IMG/VR virus record: IMGVR_UViG_3300027747_002198
Coordinates: 32,001-96,000 of that record
Length of the DNA: 64,000 bases
Source of the DNA: a virus
Direction: 5' to 3' (one strand)
In this document: one piece after another, positions 11,185 through 20,137 of the stretch
Position numbering within the stretch: the first letter of the stretch is position 1
Layout: each line of letters opens with the position of its first letter
Translations under genes and position numbers: made by a program
The notes under the pieces: model-generated
Seen by the model: only the letters and a program-made list of their open reading frames with translations
What the model was told of the DNA's origin: nothing
Databases searched by the model: none

Positions 11185-12324
11185 ATGGCCAATACTTGGA
11201 TTATATCTCCAGATTGGCAAAACGAAATTACTGCTACAGTATACGGACAATTACCGGCGGCAGATAACAGTTCTATTGATACTGCAAACGTTGCCTTCTC
11301 ACAGTTACAAACTTTATTGAATAGAAGTGTTACTGCAAACACCACATTTTCTAACGGAATTGTATCAACTTATTCATTGGTGTATACTACTACTGGTGCA
11401 TATTCTGGTGGAGTCTTAGCGCCCAATGGCGATATACATTTTGTTCCATTTGCAGCTGCCAGAGGACAAAAAATATCAGCTGCTGGAGTAGTATCAACAT
11501 ATTCGCTAGTGTATACTGCTACTAGTGGTGCATATAGTGGTGGAGTCCTAGCACCTAATGGTGATATTCATTTTATACCAAGAAGTGCCGCAGTAGGTCA
11601 AAAAATATCAGCTGCTGGTGTAGTATCAACTTATTCATTAGTATATACAACATCTTCTGCTTATATTGGTGGAGTCCTAGCACCTAATGGAGATATACAT
11701 TTTATTCCAGCTAGTGCCAATAGAGGTCAAAAGATATCAGCTGCTGGAGTAGTATCAACATATTCATTGGTGTATACCACCAGTGGTGCATATTATGGTG
11801 GAGTATTAGCACCTAATGGTGACATACATTTTATTCTAGCTAGTGCCAATAGAGGTCAAAAGATATCATCTGCTGGTGTAGTATCAACTTATTCATTGGT
11901 GTACACCACCAGTGGTGGTGCATATTATGGTGGAGTATTAGCACCTAATGGTGACATACATTTTATTCCAAATGCTGCTAGCGTAGGACAAAAAATATCA
12001 GCTGCTGGAGTAGTATCAACATATTCATTAGTAAATACTGATACAAATGGTGCATATCAAGGTGGTGTATTAGCACCTAATGGTGATATTCATTTTGTTA
12101 TAGATGCTGCTAGTAAAGGTCAAAAAATATCATCTACAGGTACGGTGTCTACTTATTCTTTGGCGTATACTGTTGATAGTGCATATTATGGTGGAGTCCT
12201 GGCACCCAATGGAGATATACATTTCGTTCCATATGCTGCCTCAGTAGGCCAAGTTATTGTCACCGGTGCCGCACTGCCTTGGGATATTGGCACTTGTTGT
12301 TCACCATTTTTTAATAAGTTTTAA
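11185..12324 (+). CDS. Seven-repeat beta-propeller protein, paralog 1 (putative receptor-binding)
   Basis: 7 x 43-44 aa repeats VSTYSLVYT..YxGGVLAPNGDIHF..GQKISAAG; C-terminal CCSPFFNKF. Confidence 0.7.
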   Translation: MANTWIISPDWQNEITATVYGQLPAADNSSIDTANVAFSQLQTLLNRSVTANTTFSNGIVSTYSLVYTTTGAYSGGVLAPNGDIHFVPFAAARGQKISAAGVVSTYSLVYTATSGAYSGGVLAPNGDIHFIPRSAAVGQKISAAGVVSTYSLVYTTSSAYIGGVLAPNGDIHFIPASANRGQKISAAGVVSTYSLVYTTSGAYYGGVLAPNGDIHFILASANRGQKISSAGVVSTYSLVYTTSGGAYYGGVLAPNGDIHFIPNAASVGQKISAAGVVSTYSLVNTDTNGAYQGGVLAPNGDIHFVIDAASKGQKISSTGTVSTYSLAYTVDSAYYGGVLAPNGDIHFVPYAASVGQVIVTGAALPWDIGTCCSPFFNKF

Positions 12325-12326
12325 TT

Positions 12327-13451
12327 ATGCCAACATTTTTAAACGATCCTAATTTTGTATCAGAAACTCAGCAGAGAGCTTGGGGAACACTCATCACAGC
12401 TAATAATAGTTCGATGGCAACTGATAGTTCTTCTTGGTTTTATGGTATGAAAGGATTGATTGATAAAAGCGTTCAAGCAGGTCAAGCATTTAGTAACGGA
12501 ATTGTAAGTACATATTCATTGGTATATACTGCGGCTCCTTCACATTTTGGTGGTGTTTTAGCACCTAATGGAGATATTCATTTTATTCCACAATCTGCTA
12601 CCAGAGGACAAAAAATATCAGCTGCTGGTGTAGTATCAACATATAGTTTGATATATACTGCTGGTAATGCATATCAAGGTGGAGTTTTAGCACCCAATGG
12701 TGACATACATTTTGTTCCATATAGCGGTACTGTTGGACAAAAAATATCAGCTGCTGGTGTAGTATCAACATATTCATTGGTATATACCGGTGGTTCTTAT
12801 AGTGGTGCAGTTTTAGCACCCAATGGTGATATACATTTTGTTCCAACTGGCGCTCCTGTGGGGCAAAAAATATCATCCGCTGGAGTAGTATCAACATATT
12901 CATTGGTATATACTGCTGGTTCATATTATGGCGGAGTTTTAGCACCTAATGGAGATATACATTTTATTAATTTTACTGCTTCTGTAGGACAAAAAATATC
13001 ATCAGCTGGAGTAGTATCAACATATTCATTAATTTCTACTGGAAATAATTTCTATACTGGCGGAGTTTTAGCACCTAATGGAGATATACATTTTATTTCT
13101 TATAATGCTGGACAAGGACAAAAAATATCAGCTGCTGGTGTAGTATCAACTTATTCATTAATCAATGCACCGGGTGCTGGTTATGCTGGTGGAGTCCTAG
13201 CACCTAATGGTGATATTCATTTTGTTCCATTTAGTGCTTCTGTGGGACAAAAAGTATCAACAGCTGGAGTAGTATCAACATATTCATTAGTGTACACAAC
13301 AGCTTTTGCATACGCTGGTGGAGTTTTAGCACCTAATGGTGATATACATTTTATTCTATATAATGCTGCCAGAGGCCAAAAAATTTCCACGCTGCCTGCA
13401 ATACCTTTTAGTTCGGGTGTTTGCTTATCACCATTCTTCAATAAGTTCTAA
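12327..13451 (+). CDS. Seven-repeat beta-propeller protein, paralog 2
   Basis: Same 7-repeat architecture; ends CLSPFFNKF. Confidence 0.7.
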   Translation: MPTFLNDPNFVSETQQRAWGTLITANNSSMATDSSSWFYGMKGLIDKSVQAGQAFSNGIVSTYSLVYTAAPSHFGGVLAPNGDIHFIPQSATRGQKISAAGVVSTYSLIYTAGNAYQGGVLAPNGDIHFVPYSGTVGQKISAAGVVSTYSLVYTGGSYSGAVLAPNGDIHFVPTGAPVGQKISSAGVVSTYSLVYTAGSYYGGVLAPNGDIHFINFTASVGQKISSAGVVSTYSLISTGNNFYTGGVLAPNGDIHFISYNAGQGQKISAAGVVSTYSLINAPGAGYAGGVLAPNGDIHFVPFSASVGQKVSTAGVVSTYSLVYTTAFAYAGGVLAPNGDIHFILYNAARGQKISTLPAIPFSSGVCLSPFFNKF

Positions 13452-13453
13452 TC

Positions 13454-14581
13454 ATGGCAAATTATTCAATCGATCCCAATTTTGTAACTGAGGTTCAAGG
13501 TACCGCTTGGGGAACTTTACCTCAGGGAGATAATAGTACAATTGATTCTGGTGGAGTTGCGTTTGCAAACTTTCAAGATTTTTTAAATGAAGGTGTGAAT
13601 GGCGGACAACTTTTTAGTAATGCGGTGGTGAGTACATATTCATTGGTGTATACTGCTTCTACTGCATACTTTGGTGGAGTCCTAGCACCTAATGGTGATA
13701 TACATTTCGTTCCGTATGCTGCAACCGTAGGACAAAAAATATCAGCTGCTGGAGTAGTATCAACTTATTCATTGGTGTATACTGCTTCTCCTGCATATGG
13801 CGGTGGTGTTTTATCGCCTAATGGTGATATTCATTTTGTTCCATATTCTGCTAACAGGGGTCAAAAAATATCAGCTGCTGGAGTAGTATCAACTTATTCA
13901 TTGGTGTATACTGCTTCTACTGCATACTTTGGTGGAGTCCTAGCACCTAATGGAGATATTCATTTTATTCCACAAAATGCCAATAAAGGTCAAAAAATAT
14001 CAGCGGCGGGTGTCGTATCAACTTATTCATTGGTGTACACTACTACTAATGCACATGCTGGCGGAGTATTGGCAACCAATGGAGATATTCATTTTATTCC
14101 GTTTGGTGCCAATAGAGGTCAAAAAATATCAGCTGCCGGAGTAGTATCAACATATTCATTGGTATATACTGTTGCTAGTTCATATGGTGGTGGTGTTTTA
14201 GCACCAAACGGTGATATTTATTTTGTTCCTGCTTCCGCTACAGTAGGTCAAAAAATATCAGCTGCTGGTGTAGTATCCACATATTCATTGGTGTATACCA
14301 CTTCATTAGCATATTATGGTGGAGTACTAGCACCAAACGGTGATATTCATTTTGTTCCTTTTAGTGCTCCAGTAGGTCAAAAAATATCAGCTGCTGGAGT
14401 AGTATCAACTTATTCATTGGTGTATACTGCTTCTACTGCATATGTTGGTGGAATTCTAACTCCTAATGGTGATATGTATTTTGTTCCGTATGCGGCTCCA
14501 GTAGGTCAAAAAATAACACTAAATACAGGAGTGAATTTCAGTAAGGGCATTTGTATGCATCCTTATTTTAATAAATTTTAA
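13454..14581 (+). CDS. Seven-repeat beta-propeller protein, paralog 3
   Basis: Same 7-repeat architecture; ends CMHPYFNKF. Confidence 0.7.
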   Translation: MANYSIDPNFVTEVQGTAWGTLPQGDNSTIDSGGVAFANFQDFLNEGVNGGQLFSNAVVSTYSLVYTASTAYFGGVLAPNGDIHFVPYAATVGQKISAAGVVSTYSLVYTASPAYGGGVLSPNGDIHFVPYSANRGQKISAAGVVSTYSLVYTASTAYFGGVLAPNGDIHFIPQNANKGQKISAAGVVSTYSLVYTTTNAHAGGVLATNGDIHFIPFGANRGQKISAAGVVSTYSLVYTVASSYGGGVLAPNGDIYFVPASATVGQKISAAGVVSTYSLVYTTSLAYYGGVLAPNGDIHFVPFSAPVGQKISAAGVVSTYSLVYTASTAYVGGILTPNGDMYFVPYAAPVGQKITLNTGVNFSKGICMHPYFNKF

Positions 14582-14609
14582 TTATAGTAACTTTGAAAGG
14601 TGGTTTACA

Positions 14610-15956
14610 ATGTATAATCGTGATAAAATTATAGCAACAATGCAAGAAATTTATGATGGTTCCAAATCTATTGCTCCCTATGTTTTAATTGCCCAACCAA
14701 GGCGTGACCTAAACGAAACTCCCGCACAAAATTTTGATGGTTATGATAACCTTCATGTGGATTTACATGGGTTCTCTCACGGTTTCGTGCATATTGGCGG
14801 AGAAAAAGTTGATGTGGCTCGCAATTATTTAATTGAACAAGCATTAGAAAGTGGTGCAAAATATCTTTTGTTTATTGGTGAAGATACTGTTGTACCATAT
14901 GACGCATTTAAAATTCTACACAAGACAGCAGAAGAAAATCCAGGTCAAGTTATTACCGGAGTTTATTATATTAAACTTTCTGATGCAATGATTATGGTTC
15001 GCAATAACGATTGGATTACTATACCAAATGTGGATCCAGGTCAACTACTTGAAGCATGGCAGACCGGTATGGACATTATGTTAATACCAATTGATTTGCT
15101 CCGTCAAATGAAAGAAGAAGAACCAGAACTTCCTTTCTGTTGTATTGGTGTAAACATTAACGATGAAATTCCGTTTATCGGTGAAGATAATTTCTTTGTT
15201 CACCGTCTACACAAAAGAGGCACAAAACTTTTGGTAAACACAGATGTTCAATGTCTACATATGGATTTGGCATCAGGTAAATACACAGCTCATCCTGATG
15301 TTGATTTAAGAAAATACTTTACAACAATTAAACCTACTGAGCGTTTAGTTTTAGAAGATAAAGAATACATTGACCGCAGGTGGTCCGACAGATTACCCGA
15401 AGGTACTGGTGGTTCAAATAGCCTGTTACAAAAGAAAATTGAAGAAGGTAATCCTATTAAATTTAATATGGGTTGTGGTCGTGATAGAATTGATGGTTAC
15501 ATTGGAGTTGATTTACTTGGTGCTGGTGCCGACATCAAACAAGATATTATGGAATTAAAACTACCAGAAAATTGTGCGGATGAAATTTTTGGTTCACATG
15601 TAATTGAACATATTCCACAACATCGTGCAATCGGTGTTTTGACATCATGGTATAATACTCTTAAAGAAGGCGGCAAATTAGTATTAGAACTTCCCAATAT
15701 TGAAGAACTCTTTAAAGATTTTGCCGAAGCCGATGATGCAAAACGATATGAAATAACCCTCTGTGTTTACGGAGCATATCTTGGGGAAATAACGCCAGAA
15801 AGCATTAAACATGGCCAAGAAAGTCCGCATGTTTGGGGTTATTATCCAAAGATATTATCAGAAATTTTAGAGAATATTGGATACAAAGAAATTCAAGTTT
15901 TACCTGTTAAAGGTGTTCATCCAGGTAAAAACTTCAGGATTGAAGCAATTAAATAA
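14610..15956 (+). CDS. GT-A-like glycosyltransferase fused to class I SAM-dependent methyltransferase
   Basis: ARNYLIEQAL..YLLFIGED and GEDNFF..H (GT-A); NMGCG..GYIGVD..SHVIEH..LKEGG (methyltransferase). Confidence 0.75.
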   Translation: MYNRDKIIATMQEIYDGSKSIAPYVLIAQPRRDLNETPAQNFDGYDNLHVDLHGFSHGFVHIGGEKVDVARNYLIEQALESGAKYLLFIGEDTVVPYDAFKILHKTAEENPGQVITGVYYIKLSDAMIMVRNNDWITIPNVDPGQLLEAWQTGMDIMLIPIDLLRQMKEEEPELPFCCIGVNINDEIPFIGEDNFFVHRLHKRGTKLLVNTDVQCLHMDLASGKYTAHPDVDLRKYFTTIKPTERLVLEDKEYIDRRWSDRLPEGTGGSNSLLQKKIEEGNPIKFNMGCGRDRIDGYIGVDLLGAGADIKQDIMELKLPENCADEIFGSHVIEHIPQHRAIGVLTSWYNTLKEGGKLVLELPNIEELFKDFAEADDAKRYEITLCVYGAYLGEITPESIKHGQESPHVWGYYPKILSEILENIGYKEIQVLPVKGVHPGKNFRIEAIK

Positions 15957-15968
15957 TAAGAGGAAAAA

Positions 15969-16409
15969 ATGGCAAGTACAATATCATTAGATGGATTATC
16001 TTCTCCTGATGGAGAAACCAGAGCATTAGCTCACTTAACAGTAGAATACAATGGTAACACATACCAATGGAAATTTTTTATTCCACCAGATTCAGGTGAT
16101 TTAGGAACATTTATAGAAAATAGTAAATCCACAATTGAATCTCAAATTGATGCCAAAGAATCTGCATGGGAAAATTTGAATCCAAAAACAAGAACAATTT
16201 CCGATCCACTAGGAGAAGATGTTGTGGTCGATATTCAAAAAGAAGAAATAGTTCGACCAGACATTCCAGACTATTACGCTTTGAGGAGAAATGCTTATCC
16301 ACCTCTAGCTGAACAGATTGGTGCTTTTTGGAAAGGACCACAGGATCCAGACTATATTGCAATGCAAGCAAAAGTTTTGGCGGTTAAATCGCAATATCCA
16401 AAATCTTAA
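15969..16409 (+). CDS. Tail-fibre-associated small protein (assembly-chaperone-like C-terminus)
   Basis: C-terminal YYALRRNAYPPLAEQI..W..VKSQYPK motif common next to fibre genes. Confidence 0.5.
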   Translation: MASTISLDGLSSPDGETRALAHLTVEYNGNTYQWKFFIPPDSGDLGTFIENSKSTIESQIDAKESAWENLNPKTRTISDPLGEDVVVDIQKEEIVRPDIPDYYALRRNAYPPLAEQIGAFWKGPQDPDYIAMQAKVLAVKSQYPKS

Positions 16410-16425
16410 TTGATATCCACCATGG

Positions 16426-16433
16426 TATAAATA
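16426..16433 (+). promoter_or_regulatory. T4 late promoter TATAAATA
   Basis: Exact consensus upstream of gp13. Confidence 0.8.
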
Positions 16434-16454
16434 CCTCTATATTAGGAGGTTTTA

Positions 16455-17228
16455 ATGGCAACAATTACCAACCGACAAGATTTTATTACTTATTGCAAGC
16501 GCAGACTTGGGTTTCCTGTTATCGAAATCAACGTGGATGACGACCAGGTTAATGATCGCATTGATGACGCACTCCAATATTTTCAGGACTACCATTTTGA
16601 TGGACTTCAAAAGGTTTATTGGATCAAAGTTCTAGATAATAACGATATTGCAAATCGGTACTTGGATGCCAGCAAAGCAAAAGATTCTCAAGGAAACACA
16701 TTAGAAATTGCGGGCGTTTCTCGTATATTTCCCATTTCAGATTCTCAGGCAAACGTCAATATGTTTGACCTTAGATATCAACTCCGTTTAAATGAGTTAT
16801 ATGACTTTACCTCCGCATCGTACATCAATTATACCTTAACAAATCAACACTTACGTTCTCTAGAAATCATGTTTACTGGAGAAGTTCCTATTCGATTCCA
16901 ACGACACACACAAAGGTTGTATATTGATTGGAATTGGGGTAATTCAGAAGCACCTACTGGTACAGTTGTTATTGCCGAAGCATATGCTTTAATTAATCCG
17001 GATGTATATAATTTGGTATGGAATGACCGTTGGCTAAAAGAATATGCCACAGCACTTATCAAAAGAACTTGGGGCAATAATATGTCCAAATTTGACAATG
17101 TTCAATTACCGGGTGGAGTTACTTTGAATGGTGGAAGAATTTTTCAGGAAGCTACGACAGAAATCGAGCGGCTTGAAAGAGAGATGGAAAATAATTACGG
17201 AGCTCCGTTAGAATGGTTCATGAACTAA
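16455..17228 (+). CDS. gp13: Neck protein gp13
   Basis: RRLGFPVIEINVDDDQV..YHFDG, W..N..KF..VQLPGGVTLNG motifs; synteny. Confidence 0.9.
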   Translation: MATITNRQDFITYCKRRLGFPVIEINVDDDQVNDRIDDALQYFQDYHFDGLQKVYWIKVLDNNDIANRYLDASKAKDSQGNTLEIAGVSRIFPISDSQANVNMFDLRYQLRLNELYDFTSASYINYTLTNQHLRSLEIMFTGEVPIRFQRHTQRLYIDWNWGNSEAPTGTVVIAEAYALINPDVYNLVWNDRWLKEYATALIKRTWGNNMSKFDNVQLPGGVTLNGGRIFQEATTEIERLEREMENNYGAPLEWFMN

Positions 17229-17229
17229 T

Positions 17230-18114
17230 ATGGCAACTAACCACTATTTTAATAATTACAACAGCAAATACTCAGAACAAAGATTAGTTGAGGATTTAAT
17301 TGTTGAGTCCATTAAAATTATGGGCTTCGATTCATATTACTTGCCCAACAATAATGATGCTGCTCGTGATTTATTATATGGTGAAGATCCGGTTAAAAAA
17401 TTCAAATCTGCTTTTACTGTTGAAATGTATATGTCCAGTATTATGGAATATTCGGGTGAAAGAGAATTGTTTTCTAAATTTGGTTTAGAAATTAAAAACA
17501 ATATGGAAGTGATAGTATCAAAAAGGTCATTTTCAGAAAGAGTTCCACAAAATACTTTTACACGACCAAGAGAAGGGGATTTAATTTACATACCTTTTGG
17601 AAATGGTACTGGCGAATTGTTTGAAATTACTTTTGTTGAACAAAATAAAGATATGATGATGTTAGGTCGAAAATATCCTTTCTTTTATGAGATGCGTTTA
17701 GAGAAATTTAAGTATGCACAGGAATTCATTAATACTGGTATAGCTGATATTGATATGGTTATGGATAATTCGGCGTATTCTATTAACTTACAATTGAGTT
17801 CTGGTACAGGTAATTACGCAGCAAAAGAAATTGTATATCAATCACATGACGGCACTTTAGCTAATGCCGTCACTTCTGCTGTTGTACAGAGTTGGAATGA
17901 TCCTACAAATATGTTGGTGGTTACCAATATTGCCGGAGAATTTATAGACGGACTTACAATTATTGGTTCATCAACCGGTGCTGCTTATACTTTATCCACT
18001 TATGATGCGATGGCGCCAAGTATACATAACGAAATTTACGATAACAAGCTTATAGAAAATAATGCAAATTCAGTTATTGATTTTTCAGAATCTAATCCGT
18101 TTGGAAGCATATAA
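17230..18114 (+). CDS. gp14: Neck protein gp14
   Basis: EQRLVEDLIVESIKIMG, SKFGLEI, RPREGDLIY motifs; synteny. Confidence 0.9.
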   Translation: MATNHYFNNYNSKYSEQRLVEDLIVESIKIMGFDSYYLPNNNDAARDLLYGEDPVKKFKSAFTVEMYMSSIMEYSGERELFSKFGLEIKNNMEVIVSKRSFSERVPQNTFTRPREGDLIYIPFGNGTGELFEITFVEQNKDMMMLGRKYPFFYEMRLEKFKYAQEFINTGIADIDMVMDNSAYSINLQLSSGTGNYAAKEIVYQSHDGTLANAVTSAVVQSWNDPTNMLVVTNIAGEFIDGLTIIGSSTGAAYTLSTYDAMAPSIHNEIYDNKLIENNANSVIDFSESNPFGSI

Positions 18115-19205
18115 TGGCAGATACGTCATATAACCGAATTATTCGTAAACTGGTTGTTGGATTTGGCAACTTGTTTAATAATATTACTTTAGTTCGGTAT
18201 AATCCAGATAACACAGAGCAAGAACGTATGCTTGTTCCAATTATCTATGCGGCCAAAGAGTTATATGTAAAACGGTTAGAAGAAGATTATAATTTAGACA
18301 AAAAAGTTCAAATCACTTTACCAAGATTATCATTTGAAATGACTGGTTTATCTTATGATTCTTCTAGAAAACAAAATACAAATTGGAAATCTTTTGCAAA
18401 AACTACTAATGGAGTAGTATCACAATATAATCCAGTACCTTATGATTTTGATTTTTCGTTGTATCTTTACGTTAGAAATATTGAAGATGGTACTCAAATT
18501 ATAGAGCATATTCTTCCTTATTTTACTCCTGATTATACTATTAAATTAAATTTAATTCCTGAATTTGGTGTTGTCAAAGAAATTCCTGTTGTGTTGAAAG
18601 ATACCAACCAAGAAATTATCTATGAGGGTGATCGTAATAGTGGTACTAGAACAGTTATTTGGACTTTAAATTTTACAGTTAAAGGTTTTATATTTGGTAA
18701 AACTTCTGCAGCAGCATTAATTACAACATCAATTACAAATATTTTAGATAATATTAAATCTTCAGACGTAGTTCAGTTTAATATGACTACACCAGGAACA
18801 GGAACTTATCAAACAGGCGAAGGTGTTTATCAAGGTTTTTCTGCTGTTAATTCAACGGCTACAGCTAAAGTGGTTTCATTTAATAATAATGCATTACAAC
18901 TTACAAATATTAATGGCAATTTTGTATCTTCACAACCCATTTATGGCATAAAAACTAACGCCAGTTACACATTTGGATCATATCAAATTTTACCAGCTCA
19001 ATATGCACAAATTGTTACCGTTTCTAACCCAACTGATGCTAATGCTAACGTAATGTATACATACTCTACCACAGTACAAGAAGGTATTAATATTGTTAAA
19101 CCTGTACTTTCATCTAATGGATTTAATACTGATTTGAATACCAATGTATTTGGTATAGATGATTTGTTATCAGAACAAGAAAACTCAATCGATTTAGGAT
19201 CATAA
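18114..19205 (+). CDS. gp15: Tail sheath stabilizer/terminator gp15
   Basis: IRKLVVGFGNLFNNI, LPRLSFEM, PVPY, QIIEHILPYFTP motifs. Confidence 0.9.
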   Translation: MADTSYNRIIRKLVVGFGNLFNNITLVRYNPDNTEQERMLVPIIYAAKELYVKRLEEDYNLDKKVQITLPRLSFEMTGLSYDSSRKQNTNWKSFAKTTNGVVSQYNPVPYDFDFSLYLYVRNIEDGTQIIEHILPYFTPDYTIKLNLIPEFGVVKEIPVVLKDTNQEIIYEGDRNSGTRTVIWTLNFTVKGFIFGKTSAAALITTSITNILDNIKSSDVVQFNMTTPGTGTYQTGEGVYQGFSAVNSTATAKVVSFNNNALQLTNINGNFVSSQPIYGIKTNASYTFGSYQILPAQYAQIVTVSNPTDANANVMYTYSTTVQEGINIVKPVLSSNGFNTDLNTNVFGIDDLLSEQENSIDLGS

Positions 19206-19206
19206 A

Positions 19207-19962
19207 ATGTCAAGAACATTACAATTTAAACGATACGCCAATACAGTCCTTACAAATATAATAGGTGCGGATGGCGAATTAATTATTGACGAAACAAACC
19301 ATTATTTAACTATTCATGACGGAGTAACTCCGGGTGGAGTTACATCACTTGGAGCTCCAGCATCTGTTATTAGTAGTTTAAAAGCCGGAAGCAACACGGT
19401 TACGCTTAGTAATAATGGAAATTTAAATTTATCGAATGGATCGCTTGTTTTTATAGACCAAAGTTTACAAAATACGGCATTTAGTTCTTTTTATATTAAT
19501 GAACTTAATGAATCTGTTGCAAATATTGCAAATTTGCAATATGCTTTTATTGGATCCAATACTAACGTAACACGAGTTGCTAATACTTTAGCAATATCAA
19601 TACAATTAGCTTACAATCAAGCCAATTCGGCCGCCCAGACTATTCCACAAAATCCGCAAACATCAAATTATGTGTTACAAAATTCTGATGCCGGTAAATT
19701 TATTTACTATACCCAATCTGCAAATGCAACATTGTACATACCTTGGACATCAAATACAAATTGGGTAAATGGCACAAGTATTATGATTGTATCTCAAACT
19801 CCGGCAGGAGCTAATGTAAAAATATCTCCAAATAACGGAGTATCATTGTACCTTGCTGGTAATTCTGTAAGTTCTTCACGAAATGTGTCAACTTATGGCA
19901 CCGCTACATTATTAATGGTTAAAGCAAATACATGGTATATTAATGGTACTGGAGTAATATAA
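19207..19962 (+). CDS. Fibre-like protein with Mtd_N-like N-terminus
   Basis: LQFKR..GADGELIID..IHDGVTPGG N-terminal motif; C-terminal YVLQNSDAGK...WYINGTG module. Confidence 0.6.
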   Translation: MSRTLQFKRYANTVLTNIIGADGELIIDETNHYLTIHDGVTPGGVTSLGAPASVISSLKAGSNTVTLSNNGNLNLSNGSLVFIDQSLQNTAFSSFYINELNESVANIANLQYAFIGSNTNVTRVANTLAISIQLAYNQANSAAQTIPQNPQTSNYVLQNSDAGKFIYYTQSANATLYIPWTSNTNWVNGTSIMIVSQTPAGANVKISPNNGVSLYLAGNSVSSSRNVSTYGTATLLMVKANTWYINGTGVI

Positions 19963-20099
19963 TGTTAATGATGATGCATCATATGAATAGTGTGCAACAA
20001 TTGCCCATTATTACACTATTGGCTTTTGATATATCAATTAAAACTTCATATCCTTTTAGAGCAATTGATATTATGATGGACACAGCACCTACATATTAA
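19962..20099 (+). CDS. Unlisted 45-aa ORF MLMMMHHMNSVQQLP..., possibly a truncated gene
   Basis: TAATG coupling with upstream stop; open to TAA at 20097-20099. Confidence 0.35.
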   Translation: MLMMMHHMNSVQQLPIITLLAFDISIKTSYPFRAIDIMMDTAPTY

Positions 20100-20137
20100 A
20101 TAATAAATAAACACAAAGAAGAAACCGGAGAAACAAA

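Noticed and set aside
11185-14581. Diversity-generating retroelement or CRISPR array as source of the repeats
   Set aside because: Repeats are in-frame coding units; no reverse transcriptase, template repeat or cas gene in the window; loop-length changes do not fit adenine-only mutagenesis.
19207-19962. Mtd-like DGR target
   Set aside because: Only the generic N-terminal motif is present; no C-type lectin variable region or matching template was seen.
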